Shown in pieces: positions 1 through 6,441 of a stretch of 6,441 nt of DNA. The notes below the pieces were generated by a model that saw only the letters and a list, made by a program, of their open reading frames with translations, was not told where the DNA came from and ran no database searches. The DNA comes from Geosiphon pyriformis uo1 (taxonomy: Eukaryota > Fungi > Glomeromycota). Every line of letters starts with the position of its first letter. Position 1 is the first letter of the stretch. The stretch is taken from assembly GCA_016748015.1 (NCBI GenBank), contig JAAOMT010000006.1, forward strand, positions 1 to 6,441. Reading direction: 5' to 3'. A program made the translations under genes and the position numbers.

Positions 1-600
1 AGAGAACACCTCTTTATATATGTTACTGCCTCTAAGTTGTTGATTTTGAGATCAAAAATTACGCGTTTGTTTTTCACGCAAAAACGCGAAAAAAAGGATC
101 CAAGAATACAAGGGTGGAGTTAACTAGACATTTTTAGTAAAATTGATTTGAAGATAACCTCCTGAGTTTTTAACATGTGGTCATTAAAAACAAAGCGTCA
201 CTTTTTGAAACCTTAGTACTTTCTGGAAATTTTTTATATTATTACGCGGATCCTCATGACTAATGAAATATTAAGCAGATCCTCATGACTCATTTTTTTT
301 GTCTCGGCTATCCTAAAATGGCTAAATACAATCAGTATGGGAAATCAAATTCACATCCCCCTTAAAACCGTGGGACCCATATCTCTTATGCGAAAATTAA
401 TACACTAGACTCAATAATGTAAATGGCCACAGCATAAAGAACATGATTTTCATATTTCGTAGCTGAAAGCGCCTCGAGTCCAATAGATGTTTCCCCCTTC
501 CTTTTTTGATCGTCCATTGAAACAGACCTTTATTGCATTATATGAATACCCCTGTTTTTTAAAGCGTAAATTTCATATTCTTTTTCTAACTCCCTTCATC
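1..600. other. Compositionally distinct GC/CpG-richer block: non-autonomous transposon remnant, promoter or decayed coding sequence
   Basis: About 35% GC in the lines I counted, several CGCG/CpG words, internal palindromes and a duplicated motif, no intact ORF, and an abrupt fall to very low GC after about 600. Confidence 0.35.
246..293. repeat. Direct repeat pair GC(G/A)GATCCTCATGACT(A/C)AT, 19 nt, period 29
   Basis: 246-264 versus 275-293 are 17/19 identical, with an exact 13-nt core GATCCTCATGACT at 249-261 and 278-290. Confidence 0.8.
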
Positions 601-747
601 CTAAATTCTTTAATTAGCTTATCTATCAACATCTAGACTATCAATTTTTGAATTAATTGCGTCATTTAGTTATTCATTTATTTAATTAATAAAATTGAAA
701 GAAGCTCTTATTTAAATAATAAATTATTATCATACTTTTGTATAAAA

Positions 748-797
748 AATCTATTTCTGAACATAGAATAGATTGTAATCTTACATTCCAATGTAAA
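748..797. repeat. Chain of three interlocking short inverted repeats
   Basis: AATCTATT (748-755) pairs with AATAGATT (767-774); AGATT-gt-AATCT (770-781); TTACATT-cc-AATGTAA (781-796). Confidence 0.65.
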
Positions 798-908
798 TTT
801 GCAATGACTAAAACACATCATAAGAAACAAGTCAAATTATAAAAATTAAAATATCAAAAGATTTTTTTTCCTGAAAAAACGTTTTCACACAATTCCGACA
901 AGGACCTA

Positions 909-1007
909 ATGGAAAATATTTTAAACAAAAAAATATCGTTCCATATGATTCCAAAGTTGACACAGCTGGAATTGCGATATTACAATGGCTTGATTGAGAA
1001 TCTTTGA
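909..1007 (+). CDS. Small ORF, 32 aa: MENILNKKISFHMIPKLTQLELRYYNGLIENL (frame open from 843)
   Basis: ATG at 909 to TGA at 1005-1007 in a locally GC-raised patch. Shares a C-terminal motif with the ORF at 1061-1132. Confidence 0.25.
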   Translation: MENILNKKISFHMIPKLTQLELRYYNGLIENL

Positions 1008-1060
1008 AAGTTATGATTGTTGTCGTACTTCACACCACTATTTAATCATCCAGAACTTAA

Positions 1061-1132
1061 ATGGTATTTAAGCAAGCTCGGAATGATCTTTCTGAATACA
1101 TTTATTATAAAAATTTAATCGAAAATATGTAA
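1061..1132 (+). CDS. Small ORF, 23 aa: MVFKQARNDLSEYIYYKNLIENM
   Basis: ATG at 1061 (TAAATGG context) to TAA at 1130-1132. Its C-terminus matches the ORF at 909-1007 at the protein level. Confidence 0.25.
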   Translation: MVFKQARNDLSEYIYYKNLIENM

Positions 1133-1800
1133 TTGCTGCAAATAGAAGCACGATCAAATAGTGTTTTTTGCATAAAATCAATAAATACCTTGATTAATTT
1201 ATGAATAAATAAAAAACGTGATTTAAAATATATTTGCATATTTTCTATAAATACTTTTAAAAAAAATATTTAAAAGTTGTATATCAAAGATTTTGGTTTA
1301 TTAGTTAATCAAAAATTGAATCTTTAATCTAATTTAAATTTAGAACTATTAAGTAAAAACATATATGAAGAATTAAAAACAATGTAAATTATTCAATAAA
1401 AGAAATCAATTTTAATTAACAAGGATTTAAAATGACAAATAGTTTTTATTAATTTAAAGCTGATTATATTTAATAAATAAAATTTGGAAATTTTATACTA
1501 TGTCAATTATATTTTTTTAAAAAAGTTTAAACAATTCAGTCAATAATCAAGTCAACAATTTATTTTTAAAATAAAATATTATCTTGTATAATTAACATAT
1601 AGGAGCTTAAAAGAAAAATTAACTATAACACTATTATTGTTAGCAAATCTAAGGAGTTTGGTAAAAAATTTGATTTTTCAATAAAACTTAAAGTGTAAAA
1701 TATTCTAAAAAAATTTTATGCTGGCAAGATCATTTTCAACAAATAATAATAGACAAATTACACATTCAAAGAATTATTTTTTTTCCATATAACTTTTCAG

Positions 1801-1823
1801 TGATAACATGCTCTTGATCGAAA
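1801..1823 (+). CDS. Candidate micro-exon or first exon (DN)MLLIE(K)
   Basis: TTTTCAG ends at 1800, ATG at 1808, donor A|GTAAAG at 1824. Phase 1 matches the exon candidate at 2039. Confidence 0.25.
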
Positions 1824-2038
1824 GTAAAGTATTCCATTGTTTATTTTTAAAAGAATAATAAACAGGATCTTAAAATCAAGAAACTTCATTAATTTCGACA
1901 AAAAGATTTTTTTGTAAAACAAAATCTTTAAACAAATAAATTGAGATAGGCATTTTATAAGGGCCTTGCTCGGGTTTTTTTATTTCTTAAACATTTCTTG
2001 CACTTTAGCGGGGAATTTTAATTAAAATATTTTTTCAG

Positions 2039-2144
2039 AAGGAAACTACTTTTTCATATCCAATCTAAAACCTAAAACCTTACATCTTACATCTCTCATA
2101 CAATCTCTCTTTGAGGCAATAAATTCAGAAAAGATAGAAATCAA
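2039..2144 (+). CDS. Candidate exon (K)GNYFFISNLKPKTLHLTSLIQSLFEAINSEKIEI; 3' boundary uncertain
   Basis: TTTTTCAG acceptor ends at 2038. Only the phase-1 frame is open, matching the 1824 donor. Possible donor GTTTCT at 2145. Confidence 0.25.
2065..2099. repeat. Degenerate 7-nt tandem repeat, five units
   Basis: CTAAAAC CTAAAAC CTTACAT CTTACAT CTCTCAT read consecutively. Confidence 0.7.
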
Positions 2145-3528
2145 GTTTCTGAAATACTTTTTATTAATTTGTATATTGTTAAATTAACTAGATAAGTAAA
2201 TAACTTGCTTTTATAATTTCTTAAATAAATAACTGCTGAAAATAATTGATATTTTTTATTAAATATTAAAAGTATTAAAATTATAACAGCTGTATTATTT
2301 TTTGTTAAAAATCATAAACGTTTTTTCTATTTTCAGATTTTTTTGGAAAAATCAACAACTGAGTTTTTGAAATTAATTATATTTATTAAAGTGTTCACAT
2401 ATTTAATTAATTTTACATTGTTTTTAGTTTCTCGTTTATCTGTTATCTATTTTAACCAAATATTAGCATAAAATTATTTTTATTACCTTATTATTAGTAT
2501 TAATTATTTTTGTCCTTATTTTATCAATAACGTAATTTGCAGCAATTTACTTATGCAACTAAATATTATAATTAAGTCATGTATATTTTAAACTATATAG
2601 CAATAAATATTTTAAAAAATTTATCAAAAATTTTGCAAAAAATAATACTCAAAAAGTACATTTATGATAGCTAAAAAGTTTAGATAATTGAAATAAATTC
2701 AATTTACTAATACAATTCTCTTTTATTTAAAAAAATAAAATTAACAAAAATATTTTTTCAATATTTTTATTACACTATAAATTAATAACTCTTAAGTTAA
2801 CTAATATTAATGCAGTTAAAATTAGTTTAATTAAAATTTCTTAAGCTTATAACAAAATTTTCAATAATTATATTTAAGTTAATTAATTAAACCAAAACTT
2901 TGAAATCTTATGTTTGATTTGGCCAAAATTTTCTTAAAATAAAATTGGTAATTTTGAGCAAAAATAAAAAATGACTAAACAATTTTTGTTGCTTCAATGG
3001 CATACTTGGAAAAAATTGTGATTTTATTTGTATATTCAAAATCAATATTTTTGACTTTAATATTAATTTTTTTTATTTCAGCTTGATTACAAGTTTAGTT
3101 TAATTATTGCAACAAATGGTAATTTTGAAACCAAATTTTGTAAATATTTGTAATTTTAAGATTAGTAATTAGTTTTCGAAATATTTAGTTCAAATTTGAC
3201 ATGAATTTAAAAATTTTAAACAATTATTAGTTTAAAGACTGTACATAAATTATGACAAATAATTTTAATAATATTGGACATTTTATGAAATAAAACAGTT
3301 TTTACAAAAAAATTAATTGAGGCAAAATATTTTTTTTGTTTGTTATTTGTTAAACAAATTGTTGATAATATTTGTAAAAATTCAATATACTGTAAATAGC
3401 AACTATATATTTTCTATTTTTTCTCTGTTTAAACAAATTTGTTTGATCAAAAATTTAAGGTTTTTTAATAGATATTTTGTAAAAAATAAATTTTGTTCAC
3501 TAATAAAATATTAAGTTATTTATGTTAC

Positions 3529-3586
3529 CTTATCTTTTTGTGACTCTAAAATACAGGAAACATAATAGTAGACTCTAAAACATAGC
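3529..3586 (-). CDS. Candidate minus-strand exon (R)LCFRVYYYVSCILESQKDK
   Basis: Strong polypyrimidine acceptor (T-run then CAATTTTCAG, reverse complement of 3587-3605) and donor AAG|GTAAC (3528 downward). One open frame, compatible with donor CAG|GTAAAG at 3761. Confidence 0.22.
3542..3580. repeat. Direct repeat pair GACTCTAAAA, period 29
   Basis: Exact 10-mers at 3542-3551 and 3571-3580. Confidence 0.6.
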
Positions 3587-4757
3587 CTGAAAATTGAAAA
3601 AAAAACCATAGAATTGATGTTAAGCAAGTTGGAATTTTAGTCATTAACATATTTTGTTTGAAATCAGAGCAAGATTCAAATTTCTGCAAAGATAATTCTA
3701 GGCTTTGTTGATAAAGGATTAAAATTCAATATTTTTGTTATTTAAAAAATAAAATCTTTACCTGAATGTGTTTGATAGCCTATTTTCTTGTGCATAAATT
3801 CAAAATGGAAATTGAAATTCGAAACTTTACTATTTTCCCATTACTAATTGGTAATAGTAGAATTGAGAATTATGCTGTTTACATTATTCAAAAACTAGAA
3901 TTTGATGAAAACAGTTGAAATTACAGCAAATATCCAACCAATATTTGATAATGGTTTTTCATAAACCTAATAGCTAATTACTAAATACAAAAAAAAGGTC
4001 AATCTAACGGATGACTAATAAAAGATTATCTTTCAAAAATTATCAGTCACATGAATTAGAGAAAATTGGTAAAATTAAAATATTGTAACGTAGGGATGAA
4101 ATTTAAAAATTAGATAATATTTTTTTAAGACCAAAAACCAAGTTTTTTAGCAAACCGTTCAATAAAAACCATGTTAGCAGCAGCAAAATAAATGAAATAT
4201 GTACAAAAGATTTTTGTTAATTACTAAGGTTAATTTTTAAGTACAATAAATGGATCTAAATATCTCTATTTTTGCAAATCTCTTATTGTATTTAAAAAGA
4301 TTTTTCCTAATACTAATTATGTTAGCAATATTTTACCCAATAGAATTGGCAATTTTTTATAGCTCTTTTGAATACTTATTCATTCATTTTTGGGTGGGTG
4401 GAATCTAAATTAATATAAAAGTATTTTATTCCATTTTAAACATTATCATTTATAAAAAGATTTATTTAGTTCCTAACTATTTTTTAATACAATTTTAATA
4501 AAATATTTTTCGAATTTTTGAACAAGAGGAATAATAAATTAGATAATTTTCTTGTGTGAAACTTTAAAATTAATTAAAAAATTTTTAAAAAGCTTAATTG
4601 ATTCCGAAAATTTATTTTACCACTACATTATTATTTTGTTTTTGAATCCTAATTAAGTGAAAAAATTGTCACAGAGACCATTAAATTCCAATTGTTAATT
4701 TTTTTTACATATACACACATAAATTAGAAAATTAACTATTTTTTCTAAAAAATCCAG

Positions 4758-4794
4758 GCACATAAGAATACTACCATATTGCTTATATCCCTTG
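4758..4794 (+). CDS. Possible small exon AHKNTTILLISL(A), in phase with the 5339 exon
   Basis: Acceptor TCCAG ends at 4757 and donor G|GTATTA is at 4795. Terminal G plus CA (5339) gives GCA. Short, so a chance match is quite possible. Confidence 0.25.
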
Positions 4795-5338
4795 GTATTA
4801 ATTAGAACAAATATTATCTTGAAATTTTAACATAAATGGCAGAAACTATAAGAACAGTATCACTGAAGTTTTTATGACATTTGAATTTATTATTTAATTG
4901 AAAACTAATCTTAGATTTTTGTATCTTATGTTTAAAAAAGCCATGAAAATATTTTATGTTTGAAATCAAAAAATTCTTCTCTTATAATAGCCCTTATTTT
5001 ATTGAAGTAGTTTTATCTTAATTAAAAATTTTTTATTACTTTAATCATAATTAAAATAAAACCTATTTTTTTAAAACATTCTTTTTTCATTTTTATTTCT
5101 AGTTCAAATATTTTGCATGTTCAAACAAAGCCTATTTATAAAGATTTGGCAGCTAATAATCTTGAACAAAATACCATTCTAGTTAAATTATTCTTTTAAT
5201 CTAAATACTGAATTAACAAAAGAATTGAACATTAAAAATAGTTAGATTCTAAACAAACAAACTAACTAATTAACTTATGCATATTTTATTTTATTTAATT
5301 ATTTTCATATGAAAATTAAAAATTTTATCCACTTTTAG

Positions 5339-5440
5339 CATCATTAAATTCTTATAATGAACTTGGATTCAATGCTGCAATTCTTGATAATATTGCAATT
5401 ACACTACTATTATTTGTTAAACAACTCAACCAAGAATTCA
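5339..5440 (+). CDS. Candidate upstream exon of the same gene: (x)SLNSYNELGFNAAILDNIAITLLLFVKQLNQEF
   Basis: Acceptor CTTTTAG ends at 5338, followed by 33 open codons and a donor GTAACA at 5441. The phase-1 end (A) joins TA at 5565 to give ATA (Ile) in frame across a 124-nt GT-AG intron. Confidence 0.45.
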
Positions 5441-5564
5441 GTAACATTTTTCAATTACAGACTGTATCTGAAAAATGAGTTCCCAATGCTTTTTAACATG
5501 GCTTTACTTTTTGATAAAAAAAAAAAGTAAAGTTTTAACACAGTTTAAAGATAAATAGTTTTAG

Positions 5565-5749
5565 TATCCTACTTGAAAGAACGAGAGCCAAACCTTTGGC
5601 CTTATATTGATTTTCTGATCATAAATCGCAATGCTATTATCGATCTACCGTCGTTTGCTGAAAATTTCCAAGGTCTTGATAGTGCATGGACTCAAAGATT
5701 TTTGCGAGAGGCTAAAAGTTTGATTCCAAATTTAGATATTATAGAAAAA
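5565..5749 (+). CDS. Probable internal coding exon of an unidentified spliced gene: (I)SYLKEREPNLWPYIDFLIINRNAIIDLPSFAENFQGLDSAWTQRFLREAKSLIPNLDIIEK
   Basis: 61 stop-free codons (5567-5749), about 35% GC against much lower-GC flanks, with balanced amino-acid composition. Bounded by acceptor TTTTAG (ends 5564) and donor GTAATT (5750). This explains the supplied ORF 5573-5758, whose TTG start is probably not a real start. Confidence 0.6.
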
Positions 5750-5910
5750 GTAATTTAATACATCATTTTAGAAATAACTTTTTTTAGTTTAATATAAAAA
5801 AATGTTATTTCTATTTGCCTATTTATTAAGGTTAATTTAGAACATTATAAATTAAGTCTGTATACTTTTTGGAATGAAATAATAATTAACAACTATAATT
5901 CTATAATCAG

Positions 5911-5928
5911 AGAACTTTTGACTGTTAA
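5911..5928 (+). CDS. Possible terminal exon RTFDC*
   Basis: Acceptor AATCAG ends at 5910 and joins exon 5565-5749 in phase 0. TAA at 5926-5928 is overlapped by AATAAA (5928-5933). An alternative acceptor ATTTAG at 5840 (giving NIIN*) is equally possible. Confidence 0.2.
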   Translation, partial: RTFDC

Positions 5929-5989
5929 ATAAATTCCCAAAATCATTGGATAAAGCGTGAAAGTGTTGTTGGGATGACATTGGTAAAAT

Positions 5990-6073
5990 ATGAGAAGTCT
6001 GAGTGAGACTGTTTCTTTACTATTAGTATTTATGCTAGTCGTACACTTATCCGAAGCTGAAGTCACATGTTAA
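5990..6073 (+). CDS. Short ORF resembling a signal peptide, MRSLSETVSLLLVFMLVVHLSEA|EVTC*; first exon or truncated remnant of a secreted-protein gene
   Basis: ATG in A-rich context (AAAAT ATG), basic N-terminus, hydrophobic core LLLVFMLVV, S-E-A cleavage-like site and locally raised GC. Confidence 0.3.
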   Translation: MRSLSETVSLLLVFMLVVHLSEAEVTC

Positions 6074-6441
6074 TCTGCATTTTATCGACTGATCAATGCA
6101 ATCAAAGATCAGAACCTTTATGAAATATCAAAATAGCCAAATTTTCAAACATAACACTTGAGTCAAAATTTCTATTGGTACTATAAACAGATTTTCAGCC
6201 CAAAAAGAGTAAAAATTTTGATCTCAGAAATTCTTTACAACAAAATTTTTTTTTAAAAAAAACCTTGGGGTATTTCATTTATCAATTTTATTCAATATGC
6301 AATATAATAATGAACCATTATTTTTTATGTTATTTTTATATTTACAAGTTGCTTTTTTTGACAAAATAAGATATAAACTGTTAATTTTGAATTCAAATTA
6401 TTTTTAGCTGAAACTTTTTCTTTATTATATTTTATTCTCAA

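Noticed and set aside
401-410. TACACTAG as a CACTA/Tc1 terminus or Helitron CTAG end
   Set aside because: No matching inverted terminus in the window and no convincing upstream GC hairpin.
413-437. Inverted similarity to 3870-3888 (two blocks of about 10 nt with a 6-nt gap)
   Set aside because: Too short and gapped to support terminal inverted repeats, and no extension on either side.
900-911. AAGGA before ATG 909 as a Shine-Dalgarno site
   Set aside because: Short, close spacing and no other prokaryotic features in the window.
1957-1982. GC-rich patch followed by a T-run, resembling an intrinsic terminator
   Set aside because: No stem longer than 2-3 good pairs adjacent to the T-run, and no upstream bacterial-type gene.
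2065-2078. (GTTTTAG)2 on the minus strand as a telomeric repeat
   Set aside because: Only two units, internal, and part of a drifting 7-mer tract.
3343-3444. TTATTTGTTAAACAA shared with 5410-5424, and palindrome AAACAAATTTGTTT at 3431-3444
   Set aside because: Low-complexity AT words that are plausible by chance at this composition.
3317-3514. Supplied 65-aa ORF
   Set aside because: TTG start, extremely low GC and F/I/K/N/L-dominated composition typical of a chance ORF in AT-rich DNA.
3542-3586. Minus-strand GTTTTAGAG resembling the start of type II-A CRISPR repeats
   Set aside because: Only about 10 nt match, two copies, a 29-nt period too short for repeat plus spacer, no cas genes, and a eukaryote-like context.
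5339-5749. Globin-like (GF..D..LL / AW) or exportin-like reading of the exon peptide
   Set aside because: No proximal His, wrong helix spacing, and resemblance limited to a few residues.

Overview
Very AT-rich window (roughly 20-25% GC by eye; about 35% in 1-600 and in the best exon) with abundant A/T homopolymer runs and no long ORF in the standard code. It does not look prokaryotic: no operon, rRNA, tRNA, CRISPR array or transposase is visible. It reads best as intron-rich or intergenic DNA from an AT-rich eukaryote. The frequent TTTTCAG/TTTTAG 3'-splice-like motifs are nematode-like, but the taxon is only an inference. The best-supported feature is a fragment of a + strand spliced gene: exon 5565-5749, phase-compatible with 5339-5440, possibly also 4758-4794 and 5911-5928, encoding a protein I do not recognise. 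Other items worth a look are two adjacent small ORFs (909-1007, 1061-1132) sharing a C-terminal motif ExxYYxxLIEN[LM]-stop through mostly synonymous codons, a signal-peptide-like ORF cut by an early TAA (5990-6073), a GC/CpG-richer 5' block with duplicated motifs, and several short local repeats. I cannot support a claim of a new biological system from this sequence alone, and all gene models are manual and tentative.
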